DNA of 64,000 nucleotides from Escherichia coli (GTDB lineage Bacteria; Pseudomonadota; Gammaproteobacteria; Enterobacterales; Enterobacteriaceae): NCBI RefSeq assembly GCF_003334765.1, contig NZ_QOWT01000014.1; one strand, 5' to 3'. Shown piece by piece: positions 35,448 to 44,493 of this stretch (position 1 is its first letter; each line of letters starts with the position of its first letter). The notes under the pieces were generated by a model. It saw only the letters and a program-made list of their open reading frames with translations, ran no database searches and was not told where the DNA came from. The position numbers and the translations under genes were made by a program.

Positions 35448-37484
35448 ATGGATACGCCACGTCCACAGTTATTAGATTTTCAATTTCATCAGAATAACGA
35501 CAGTTTTACCCTACATTTTCAACAACGTCTTATTTTAACCCATAGCAAAGATAATCCTTGTTTATGGATTGGCTCAGGTATAGCGGATATCGATATGTTC
35601 CGCGGTAATTTCAGCATTAAAGATAAACTACAGGAGAAAATTGCGCTTACCGACGCCATCGTCAGCCAGTCACCGGATGGTTGGTTAATTCATTTCAGCC
35701 GTGGTTCTGACATTAGCGCCACGCTGAATATCTCTGCCGACGATCAGGGGCGTTTATTGCTGGAACTACAAAACGACAACCTTAACCACAACCGTATCTG
35801 GCTGCGCCTTGCCGCTCAACCAGAGGACCATATCTACGGCTGCGGCGAACAGTTTTCCTACTTCGATCTGCGTGGCAAACCGTTCCCGCTATGGACCAGT
35901 GAACAAGGCGTTGGTCGCAACAAACAAACCTATGTCACCTGGCAGGCCGACTGCAAAGAAAATGCGGGCGGCGACTATTACTGGACTTTCTTCCCACAGC
36001 CTACGTTTGTCAGCACGCAGAAGTATTACTGCCATGTTGATAACAGTTGCTATATGAACTTCGACTTTAGTGCCCCGGAATACCATGAACTGGCGCTGTG
36101 GGAAGACAAAGCAACGCTGCGTTTTGAATGTGCTGACACATACATTTCCCTGCTGGAAAAATTAACCGCCCTGCTGGGACGCCAGCCAGAACTGCCCGAC
36201 TGGATTTATGACGGAGTAACGCTCGGCATTCAGGGCGGGACGGAAGTGTGCCAGAAGAAACTGGACACCATGCGTAACGCGGGCGTGAAGGTCAACGGCA
36301 TCTGGGCGCAGGACTGGTCCGGTATTCGTATGACCTCTTTTGGCAAACGCGTGATGTGGAACTGGAAGTGGAACAGCGAAAACTACCCGCAACTGGATTC
36401 ACGCATTAAGCAGTGGAATCAGGAGGGCGTGCAGTTCCTGGCCTATATCAACCCGTATGTTGCCAGCGATAAAGATCTCTGCGAAGAAGCGGCACAACAC
36501 GGCTATCTGGCAAAAGATGCCTCTGGCGGTGACTATCTGGTGGAGTTTGGCGAGTTTTACGGCGGCGTTGTCGATCTCACTAATCCAGAAGCCTACGCCT
36601 GGTTCAAGGAAGTGATCAAAAAGAACATGATTGAACTCGGCTGCGGCGGCTGGATGGCTGACTTCGGCGAGTATCTGCCCACCGACACGTACCTGCATAA
36701 CGGCGTCAGTGCCGAAATTATGCATAACGCCTGGCCTGCGCTGTGGGCGAAGTGTAACTACGAAGCCCTTGAAGAAACGGGCAAGCTCGGCGAGATCCTT
36801 TTCTTTATGCGCGCCGGTTCTACCGGTAGCCAGAAATACTCCACCATGATGTGGGCGGGCGACCAGAACGTCGACTGGAGTCTCGACGATGGCCTGGCGT
36901 CGGTTGTCCCGGCGGCGCTGTCGCTGGCAATGACCGGACATGGCCTGCACCACAGCGACATTGGCGGTTACACCACCCTGTTTGAGATGAAGCGCAGCAA
37001 AGAGCTGCTGCTGCGCTGGTGCGATTTCAGCGCCTTCACGCCGATGATGCGCACCCACGAAGGTAACCGTCCTGGCGACAACTGGCAGTTTGACGGCGAC
37101 GCAGAAACCATCGCCCATTTCGCCCGTATGACCACCGTCTTCACCACCCTGAAACCTTACCTGAAAGAGGCCGTCGCGCTGAATGCGAAGTCCGGCCTGC
37201 CGGTTATGCGCCCGCTGTTCCTGCATTACGAAGACGATGCGCACACTTACACCCTGAAATATCAGTACCTGTTAGGTCGCGACATTCTGGTCGCTCCGGT
37301 GCATGAAGAAGGCCGTAGCGACTGGACGCTCTATCTGCCGGAGGATAACTGGGTCCACGCCTGGACGGGTGAAGCGTTCCGGGGCGGGGAAGTTACCGTT
37401 AATGCGCCCATCGGCAAGCCGCCGGTCTTTTATCGCGCCGATAGCGAATGGGCGGCACTGTTCGCGTCGTTAAAAAGCATCTAA
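35448..37484 (+). CDS. yihQ: Sulfoquinovosidase, glycoside hydrolase family 31
   Basis: 678 aa with GH31 catalytic-region motifs (GIWAQDWSG, WMADFGEY). Confidence 0.92.
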   Translation: MDTPRPQLLDFQFHQNNDSFTLHFQQRLILTHSKDNPCLWIGSGIADIDMFRGNFSIKDKLQEKIALTDAIVSQSPDGWLIHFSRGSDISATLNISADDQGRLLLELQNDNLNHNRIWLRLAAQPEDHIYGCGEQFSYFDLRGKPFPLWTSEQGVGRNKQTYVTWQADCKENAGGDYYWTFFPQPTFVSTQKYYCHVDNSCYMNFDFSAPEYHELALWEDKATLRFECADTYISLLEKLTALLGRQPELPDWIYDGVTLGIQGGTEVCQKKLDTMRNAGVKVNGIWAQDWSGIRMTSFGKRVMWNWKWNSENYPQLDSRIKQWNQEGVQFLAYINPYVASDKDLCEEAAQHGYLAKDASGGDYLVEFGEFYGGVVDLTNPEAYAWFKEVIKKNMIELGCGGWMADFGEYLPTDTYLHNGVSAEIMHNAWPALWAKCNYEALEETGKLGEILFFMRAGSTGSQKYSTMMWAGDQNVDWSLDDGLASVVPAALSLAMTGHGLHHSDIGGYTTLFEMKRSKELLLRWCDFSAFTPMMRTHEGNRPGDNWQFDGDAETIAHFARMTTVFTTLKPYLKEAVALNAKSGLPVMRPLFLHYEDDAHTYTLKYQYLLGRDILVAPVHEEGRSDWTLYLPEDNWVHAWTGEAFRGGEVTVNAPIGKPPVFYRADSEWAALFASLKSI

Positions 37485-37508
37485 TCACATCCGCCCGTGG
37501 GGAAACTC

Positions 37509-38915
37509 ATGGGCAAAGGGAGAACATCGATGAGTCACATCACAACGGAAGATCCAGCAACTTTACGCCTGCCCTTTAAAGAGAAACTCTCTTACGGTAT
37601 TGGCGACCTGGCCTCTAACATCCTGCTGGATATCGGTACGCTTTATCTTTTGAAGTTTTATACCGACGTTCTGGGGCTGCCAGGCACCTATGGCGGCATT
37701 ATCTTTTTGATTTCAAAATTCTTTACTGCGTTTACCGATATGGGTACCGGCATTATGTTGGATTCCCGACGCAAGATCGGTCCAAAAGGTAAGTTCCGTC
37801 CTTTTATTCTGTATGCGTCATTCCCGGTCACCTTACTGGCGATCGCCAACTTTGTCGGCACACCGTTTGATGTCACCGGTAAAACGGTGATGGCCACTAT
37901 TCTGTTTATGCTTTACGGACTGTTTTTCAGCATGATGAACTGCTCCTACGGCGCAATGGTTCCCGCTATCACCAAAAACCCCAACGAACGCGCCTCACTG
38001 GCGGCATGGCGTCAGGGCGGCGCTACGCTGGGCCTGCTGCTGTGCACGGTGGGATTCGTGCCAGTTATGAATCTTATCGAAGGTAATCAGCAACTTGGCT
38101 ATATCTTCGCCGCCACGCTGTTTTCACTGTTTGGCCTGCTGTTTATGTGGATCTGCTACTCGGGCGTGAAAGAGCGTTATGTCGAAACCCAGCCTGCTAA
38201 TCCGGCGCAAAAGCCGGGCCTGCTGCAATCTTTCCGCGCAATTGCGGGTAACCGCCCGCTGTTCATTCTGTGCATTGCCAACCTCTGCACTTTAGGGGCG
38301 TTTAACGTCAAGCTCGCCATCCAGGTCTATTACACCCAGTACGTGCTTAACGATCCCATCCTGTTGTCGTATATGGGATTTTTCAGCATGGGCTGTATTT
38401 TCATCGGCGTATTCCTGATGCCTGCCTCAGTCAGACGTTTTGGCAAGAAGAAAGTTTATATCGGCGGCCTGCTGATTTGGGTGCTGGGCGATCTGCTCAA
38501 CTATTTCTTCGGCGGCGGTTCGGTCAGCTTCGTGGCGTTCTCCTGCCTGGCGTTCTTTGGCTCAGCGTTTGTTAACAGCCTGAACTGGGCGCTGGTTTCC
38601 GACACCGTCGAGTACGGCGAGTGGCGCACCGGCGTGCGTTCGGAAGGAACGGTCTACACCGGTTTTACCTTCTTTCGCAAAGTGTCTCAGGCGCTGGCTG
38701 GTTTCTTCCCCGGCTGGATGCTGACGCAAATTGGCTATGTGCCGAACGTCGCACAGGCTGACCACACCATTGAAGGGTTACGCCAGTTGATCTTCATCTA
38801 CCCAAGCGCACTGGCGGTAGTCACCATTGTGGCGATGGGTTGCTTCTACAGCCTGAACGAGAAGATGTATGTCCGCATTGTGGAAGAGATAGAAGCCCGT
38901 AAACGCACGGCGTAA
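37509..38915 (+). CDS. yihP: GPH-family sugar:cation symporter (putative sulfonate transporter)
   Basis: Track ORF 37497..38915; start chosen at ATG 37509 (468 aa); ATG 37530 with AGGGAG Shine-Dalgarno is an alternative (461 aa). Confidence 0.85.
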   Translation: MGKGRTSMSHITTEDPATLRLPFKEKLSYGIGDLASNILLDIGTLYLLKFYTDVLGLPGTYGGIIFLISKFFTAFTDMGTGIMLDSRRKIGPKGKFRPFILYASFPVTLLAIANFVGTPFDVTGKTVMATILFMLYGLFFSMMNCSYGAMVPAITKNPNERASLAAWRQGGATLGLLLCTVGFVPVMNLIEGNQQLGYIFAATLFSLFGLLFMWICYSGVKERYVETQPANPAQKPGLLQSFRAIAGNRPLFILCIANLCTLGAFNVKLAIQVYYTQYVLNDPILLSYMGFFSMGCIFIGVFLMPASVRRFGKKKVYIGGLLIWVLGDLLNYFFGGGSVSFVAFSCLAFFGSAFVNSLNWALVSDTVEYGEWRTGVRSEGTVYTGFTFFRKVSQALAGFFPGWMLTQIGYVPNVAQADHTIEGLRQLIFIYPSALAVVTIVAMGCFYSLNEKMYVRIVEEIEARKRTA

Positions 38916-38957
38916 TAATAATAAACGACGCCCTGCGGGGCGTTATAAGGAGTGATT

Positions 38958-40361
38958 ATGTCTGACCATAATCCACTGACATTAAAACTGAATCTGCGGG
39001 AAAAAATCGCCTATGGTATGGGCGACGTCGGTTCGAATTTAATGCTCTGCATCGGTACTCTGTATCTCCTCAAATTTTATACCGATGAATTAGGGATGCC
39101 TGCTTACTATGGCGGGATTATCTTTCTGGTGGCGAAGTTTTTTACCGCGTTTACCGATATGCTCACCGGATTTTTACTCGACTCGCGGAAAAATATTGGG
39201 CCTAAAGGCAAATTTCGTCCCTTTATTTTATATGCAGCGGTTCCGGCGGCGTTAATTGCAACGCTCCAGTTTATCGCCACCACCTTTTGTTTGCCGGTTA
39301 AAACGACGATTGCCACCGCGCTGTTTATGATGTTTGGACTTTCATACAGTCTGATGAACTGCTCGTATGGTGCGATGATCCCGGCAATTACCAAAAACCC
39401 GAATGAGCGCGCGCAGCTCGCGGCTTACCGCCAGGGTGGTGCAACCATAGGGCTATTGATTTGTACCGTGGCGTTTATTCCGTTGCAGTCGCTTTTTTCT
39501 GACTCAACCGTCGGTTATGCCTGTGCGGCACTTATGTTCTCCATTGGCGGCTTTATTTTTATGATGCTGTGCTACAGAGGCGTCAAAGAGCATTATGTGG
39601 ACACAACGCCAACCGGACATAAAGCCAGTATTCTCAAATCATTTTGCGCGATATTTCGGAATCCGCCATTGCTGGTTTTATGCATTGCTAACTTGTGTAC
39701 CCTGGCGGCATTTAATATCAAACTGGCGATTCAGGTCTATTACACCCAGTATGTGCTGAATGATATTAATTTATTGTCGTGGATGGGATTCTTCAGTATG
39801 GGATGCATCCTCATCGGCGTATTACTGGTGCCATTAACTGTAAAATGTTTTGGTAAAAAACAGGTTTATCTGGCTGGCATGGTGCTGTGGGCGGTGGGTG
39901 ATATACTGAATTATTTCTGGGGAAGTAACTCTTTCACTTTCGTCATGTTCTCTTGTGTCGCCTTTTTTGGCACGGCCTTTGTAAACAGCCTGAACTGGGC
40001 ACTGGTACCAGATACCGTAGATTACGGTGAATGGAAAACCGGTATTCGTGCCGAAGGTTCTGTTTATACCGGTTATACCTTCTTTCGTAAAATTTCTGCC
40101 GCACTTGCTGGCTTCTTGCCAGGCATTATGCTGACGCAAATTGGTTATGTTCCCAACATCGCGCAAAGCGATGCGACATTACAGGGTTTGCGTCAGCTCA
40201 TTTTTATCTGGCCTTGTGCACTGGCAATTATTGCTGCATTGACGATGGGATTCTTTTACACACTCAATGAAAAACGGTTTGCATTGATTATTGAGGAAAT
40301 CAACCAACGCAAAAATAAAGAGATGGCGACAGAAGAAAAAACGGCTTCCGTAACGTTATAA
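38958..40361 (+). CDS. yihO: GPH-family sugar:cation symporter (sulfoquinovose importer), paralog of yihP
   Basis: Track ORF 38952 begins GTG; ATG 38958 has AAGGAG upstream; 467 aa; extensive identity to YihP (LKFYTD, KFFTAFTDM, KIGPKGKFRPFILYA, MNCSYGAM.PAITKNPNERA, IQVYYTQYVLND). Confidence 0.88.
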   Translation: MSDHNPLTLKLNLREKIAYGMGDVGSNLMLCIGTLYLLKFYTDELGMPAYYGGIIFLVAKFFTAFTDMLTGFLLDSRKNIGPKGKFRPFILYAAVPAALIATLQFIATTFCLPVKTTIATALFMMFGLSYSLMNCSYGAMIPAITKNPNERAQLAAYRQGGATIGLLICTVAFIPLQSLFSDSTVGYACAALMFSIGGFIFMMLCYRGVKEHYVDTTPTGHKASILKSFCAIFRNPPLLVLCIANLCTLAAFNIKLAIQVYYTQYVLNDINLLSWMGFFSMGCILIGVLLVPLTVKCFGKKQVYLAGMVLWAVGDILNYFWGSNSFTFVMFSCVAFFGTAFVNSLNWALVPDTVDYGEWKTGIRAEGSVYTGYTFFRKISAALAGFLPGIMLTQIGYVPNIAQSDATLQGLRQLIFIWPCALAIIAALTMGFFYTLNEKRFALIIEEINQRKNKEMATEEKTASVTL

Positions 40362-40428
40362 ATGTCAATAGCCGCTATTTCCATCCTTGTGGGTGGCGGC
40401 CTCCCTACGTTTAAAAAATGGACTTATT

Positions 40429-41121
40429 ATGAAAAAGATTAATGCAATAATTTTATTATCTTCTCTGACCTCTGCCTCGGTATTTGCTGGCGCATACGTC
40501 GAAAACAGGGAGGCATATAATCTTGCCTCCGATCAGGGCGAGGTTATGCTACGTGTGGGTTATAACTTCGATATGGGCGCGGGTATTATGTTAACCAATA
40601 CCTACAACTTTCAGCGAGAAGATGAACTAAAACATGGATATAACGAAATTGAAGGCTGGTATCCGTTATTTAAACCAACCGATAAATTAACCATCCAGCC
40701 CGGTGGCTTAATTAATGATAAGAGTATCGGTTCGGGTGGTGCAGTGTATCTGGACGTCAACTATAAATTTGTACCATGGTTTAATCTGACAGTACGAAAT
40801 CGCTATAACCATAATAACTATAGTTCAACAGATTTGAGCGGGGAACTGGATAATAATGACACCTATGAAATTGGCACCTACTGGAATTTTAAAATCACCG
40901 ATAAATTTTCCTATACATTTGAGCCACATTACTTCATGCGAGTGAATGACTTTAATAGTAGCAACGGGAAAGATCATCATTGGGAAATCACTAACACCTT
41001 CCGTTACCGTATTAATGAACACTGGCTCCCTTATTTCGAATTGCGCTGGTTAGACCGCAACGTCGAACCGTACCACCGCGAGCAAAACCAGATCCGTATC
41101 GGGACGAAGTATTTCTTCTGA
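40429..41121 (+). CDS. ompL: Outer membrane porin OmpL
   Basis: Track ORF 40387..41121; start at MKKINAIILLSSLTSASVFAGAYVEN (signal peptide); C-terminal aromatic residue (…TKYFF); 230 aa. Confidence 0.88.
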   Translation: MKKINAIILLSSLTSASVFAGAYVENREAYNLASDQGEVMLRVGYNFDMGAGIMLTNTYNFQREDELKHGYNEIEGWYPLFKPTDKLTIQPGGLINDKSIGSGGAVYLDVNYKFVPWFNLTVRNRYNHNNYSSTDLSGELDNNDTYEIGTYWNFKITDKFSYTFEPHYFMRVNDFNSSNGKDHHWEITNTFRYRINEHWLPYFELRWLDRNVEPYHREQNQIRIGTKYFF

Positions 41122-41129
41122 TGTGAAAC

Positions 41130-41207
<78 letters not shown>

Positions 41208-41211
41208 TTAA

Positions 41212-42477
41212 TTAAGCTTCAGCCGCCAGCATCTCTTTCTTACGTTGGCTAATACGCTTAACCAGCATTACGGAAACCACCGCACCACTGAATGCGAAGC
41301 AGGCCATAATGCCAAACACGATTTTGTAGCCAATAATCCCCGGATTTAAATCCAGAATGTAGCCATACAGACTGAAGCAGAACATCGCCGGAGCGTAACC
41401 AATAAAGCTACCCAACGCCATCGCCGCACCTGTTTTATTTTCAGCAATTTTTGCTTCGCCGATAGGTGCAAAAAATACGGCTCGCTGTGTAAAGACTATC
41501 GCGCCAAAGCCCAGCGTACATGCCATCCCTAAATAGACCGGCATACTTTCGTGCGGCAGCATAATCAACAGTACGAGCGCAGCGGTACTAATGATAAAGG
41601 TGTAGCATAGATATTTACTTGGCGATTTCAGGATCTTATCTGAAATCATGCCACCAATCGGTCCACCAATCATTTTCAGACAGTATTGGTTAATGATGCC
41701 GTAAGCCCCCACCAGCGCAACGGGCAATAGATAGATGTTTTTCAGGAATGGAATGAAGAATGTCAGGCCACAGTAAACCGCGTAAACGAAGAAGACGTTA
41801 AAAGCGATAAGCCAGATAGTTTTGTCTTTCAGCACCGAGGTCATACTGGTGTTTTTCGATGCTCCGTCTTCTTTTTTCACCTCAACGGACGGTGCCTCTT
41901 CTTTGTCATTCAGGACAAAGAAAATAATAATGCCTACGGCAATCACAATAAGGGAATAGAACCAGATGCCTGCTTTAAAACCTAATAAGCCACTGCCAAA
42001 CCAGGTAAATACTGCCAACGCAGAAAATGCCACCACGGTATCGACAATGCCACGCCCTGTTTCGAAGAAGCCAAACAACCGACCTTGTTGTTCGCTATTG
42101 CCCAATCGACTTACCGACTTGAGCAAGACCGGCCAGTTCATCATGTCGCAAGTAACGCCAAATAGCGCCCAGACAAAGAGGATGCCCCAATACCCCGGCA
42201 TTGTCGTCAAATAAACACCCAGTAATCCTGTCGCAATGAGTGAGAATGACATGGTGTATCTGCGCGGTAGTTTATCGGCAAAATAAATAGACAGAAAAAA
42301 GCCCACTGTGGTGACAAATGAGTTTACCGACATAGCATTACCAATTTGACCATTGGTCAAATGGAAATATTCCTGCATCGGGATATAAAACGCATCTTTC
42401 AGCGACGGTAATTTATAAATTGTACCGCCACACAGTGTTAATAGACTAAATAACGCCCATTTCTTTTTCGTGAGCAT
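41212..42477 (-). CDS. yihN: MFS-family transporter
   Basis: 421 aa, 12-TM-like hydropathy. Confidence 0.88.
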   Translation of the reverse strand: MLTKKKWALFSLLTLCGGTIYKLPSLKDAFYIPMQEYFHLTNGQIGNAMSVNSFVTTVGFFLSIYFADKLPRRYTMSFSLIATGLLGVYLTTMPGYWGILFVWALFGVTCDMMNWPVLLKSVSRLGNSEQQGRLFGFFETGRGIVDTVVAFSALAVFTWFGSGLLGFKAGIWFYSLIVIAVGIIIFFVLNDKEEAPSVEVKKEDGASKNTSMTSVLKDKTIWLIAFNVFFVYAVYCGLTFFIPFLKNIYLLPVALVGAYGIINQYCLKMIGGPIGGMISDKILKSPSKYLCYTFIISTAALVLLIMLPHESMPVYLGMACTLGFGAIVFTQRAVFFAPIGEAKIAENKTGAAMALGSFIGYAPAMFCFSLYGYILDLNPGIIGYKIVFGIMACFAFSGAVVSVMLVKRISQRKKEMLAAEA

Positions 42478-42578
42478 AACATCCCCTAAGCGATTTTTAA
42501 AATCACTGTTTTAAAGGCAATAAGATACCGACCATTCATATGGAATGGTTTTATTAACTGCGTATGAGTTAAAACTTA

Positions 42579-43559
42579 TTAGTGGTTCAGAAGATGGTTT
42601 GCCTCTTGTTTGATTTGTTGTAGTACGTTACGCACATGATTTATCTGATTAATTGCATCTTCTTTTTCTTTACGTAACCGCGCATCCAGTAAATGATTTT
42701 CTGGCAATGGTGTTTCACTCATCTGGCGATAAGGGATCCACGGATTATCATCTTCGTCTTCAAAGCGGAACGCCGGCGCATAGTAATCAACCTCTTCTTC
42801 CAGGCCATATGCCGTCACCTGCGGCTCATCATCACCCAGGCAGATAAGGTGCGTTAATAACGCTTTGAACGGCATATCACCCTGACCTGAAATACAGGCT
42901 TTATGACCCAGGCCACCCGGTTCTTTAACGATCAAGGCATCTTTGATATGGACCTGGGTAATATGCGGTGCCATCGTTTTTAAAGCGTCGATGGGATGCT
43001 CATTTGCATTGATCATGTTCGCAAAATCAAACAGTAAGGAAAGAGATTCCATCTCACTTTCTTTGACCAGCGACACCAGCTCATGACTTTTTAAATCTTC
43101 ATGCTGCTCGATCGTAAAAGTCAGGCCGCTGTCCTGATACGTTTCCCGTACATAGGCAATGTCGTTAGCGATAATCGATAATACGTCGCGCAAATTACCT
43201 TCATAACGTGGATAAAAACGTACGGACGATGCCCCAGTTTTCAACGCGATGGCGACGGCTTCGTCAATAGATGCCTTATCTGAGGCGCTGGTTTCAATAT
43301 GAATATCAAGGTTCAGACGGCGGGCTTTATCCCCAAAGGCAGAGAGTTCTTTATCGTCCATATTACCAAGAGAAAAACGCTCGCCATCGAGAACATGGAT
43401 TTTGACGCCACGTAGATTATTTTCACTTGCGATATCAAGTAAATCAGCAGGCAACACTCTTTCCAGCCGCATATTTAAATGAAAGGCATAAGCATGTAAA
43501 TAAAGAGGAAGAGTGTCGACACGTTGTAGAATCTTTCTTGCGTTATTTATTGTCACCAT
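42579..43559 (-). CDS. yihM: Xylose-isomerase-like TIM-barrel (sugar phosphate isomerase/epimerase) family protein
   Basis: 326 aa MVTINNARKILQRVDTLPLYLHAYAFHLNMRLERVLPADLLDIASENNLRGVKIHV... Confidence 0.88.
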   Translation of the reverse strand: MVTINNARKILQRVDTLPLYLHAYAFHLNMRLERVLPADLLDIASENNLRGVKIHVLDGERFSLGNMDDKELSAFGDKARRLNLDIHIETSASDKASIDEAVAIALKTGASSVRFYPRYEGNLRDVLSIIANDIAYVRETYQDSGLTFTIEQHEDLKSHELVSLVKESEMESLSLLFDFANMINANEHPIDALKTMAPHITQVHIKDALIVKEPGGLGHKACISGQGDMPFKALLTHLICLGDDEPQVTAYGLEEEVDYYAPAFRFEDEDDNPWIPYRQMSETPLPENHLLDARLRKEKEDAINQINHVRNVLQQIKQEANHLLNH

Positions 43560-43566
43560 AAAACAC

Positions 43567-44277
43567 CTACAGATTAATGATGAGGTCTACGGCCTCAAAT
43601 CGCCAATATTCAATATCTATTTGGACAATATTGCCTTGCTGGTCGGCGCGATGCTTTTCAATTAAGATCGCTGGCATACCCGCAGAACCGCCAAGATACT
43701 TGCTGATATCGCCCGGCATTCTGACGGGTTTGAAAATCAATTTTTTTACTACCGTCTCTTTTTGGTAGCACTTTTCCCAGACTGCAGAAAATGAGTGGTT
43801 TTCAAGTTGTTCAATAAAGCCCGGAGCAACTTCAGGATTAATATATGTTTCGTGATAGAAAACTTTATGTCCTTCCAGCGCCCCCCAGCCGGTGATGCGA
43901 TAGAGTTCAGTTGATGGCGTCACTGCAATCAGTGGCGCGAGCGTCTCGGGAATATCGCTGGTACGGTTTTTCTCGGTAAACCCCCAGGAAGGCTCTCGCC
44001 CTTGCTCAATTGCGGCCCGCTGAAAGCTCGCCGACAGCTCCGGACTGTAATTAAATCGCGGCTGGGTCACGAACCACCCCTTACGATCCTTACGGAAGAT
44101 TTTGGATTCTGCCTCGAGGTTCAACAACGCCTGGCGCAGCGTCATACGTTTAATGCCCAGCAGTTCTCCCAGCTCTCTTTCTGAAGGGAGTTTTCCACCC
44201 GGCGTGGTGATGCCATCTTTCAACCACCGATCCAGTTTCTCTTTTGCATTTTCTACGGTGGATTGATTCTCCGCCAT
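43567..44277 (-). CDS. yihL: GntR-family transcriptional regulator (UTRA effector domain)
   Basis: 236 aa with N-terminal GntR HTH (KLPSERELGELLGIKRMTLRQALLNLE). Confidence 0.88.
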   Translation of the reverse strand: MAENQSTVENAKEKLDRWLKDGITTPGGKLPSERELGELLGIKRMTLRQALLNLEAESKIFRKDRKGWFVTQPRFNYSPELSASFQRAAIEQGREPSWGFTEKNRTSDIPETLAPLIAVTPSTELYRITGWGALEGHKVFYHETYINPEVAPGFIEQLENHSFSAVWEKCYQKETVVKKLIFKPVRMPGDISKYLGGSAGMPAILIEKHRADQQGNIVQIDIEYWRFEAVDLIINL

Positions 44278-44443
44278 TGTTTAATCCTTTTGGTTTAAAC
44301 CAGATGAAGCATCTTACGCTTACGCCAAAAAAGAAAGCAATTAACGGCGTATGACTTTGCAGATAATTGTGACAAAGCTCTCTATTGACGTAACCACAGA
44401 CTTATAAGGGAGATACTCGCATTGGTGTGCGCTCACGACAGGC

Positions 44444-44476
44444 AAAAAAAAACCTGCCATCGCTGGCAGGTTTTTT
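44444..44476. terminator. Intrinsic terminator downstream of typA (bidirectional-looking)
   Basis: A-run, CCTGCCA-tcgc-TGGCAGG hairpin, then T-run. Confidence 0.8.
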
Positions 44477-44493
44477 ATGACTAAAAAACGAAA

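Noticed and set aside
36399-37244. 281-aa minus-strand ORF antisense to yihQ
   Set aside because: Antisense shadow ORF with Arg/Ala/Gly-rich translation typical of non-coding frames in GC-rich genes.
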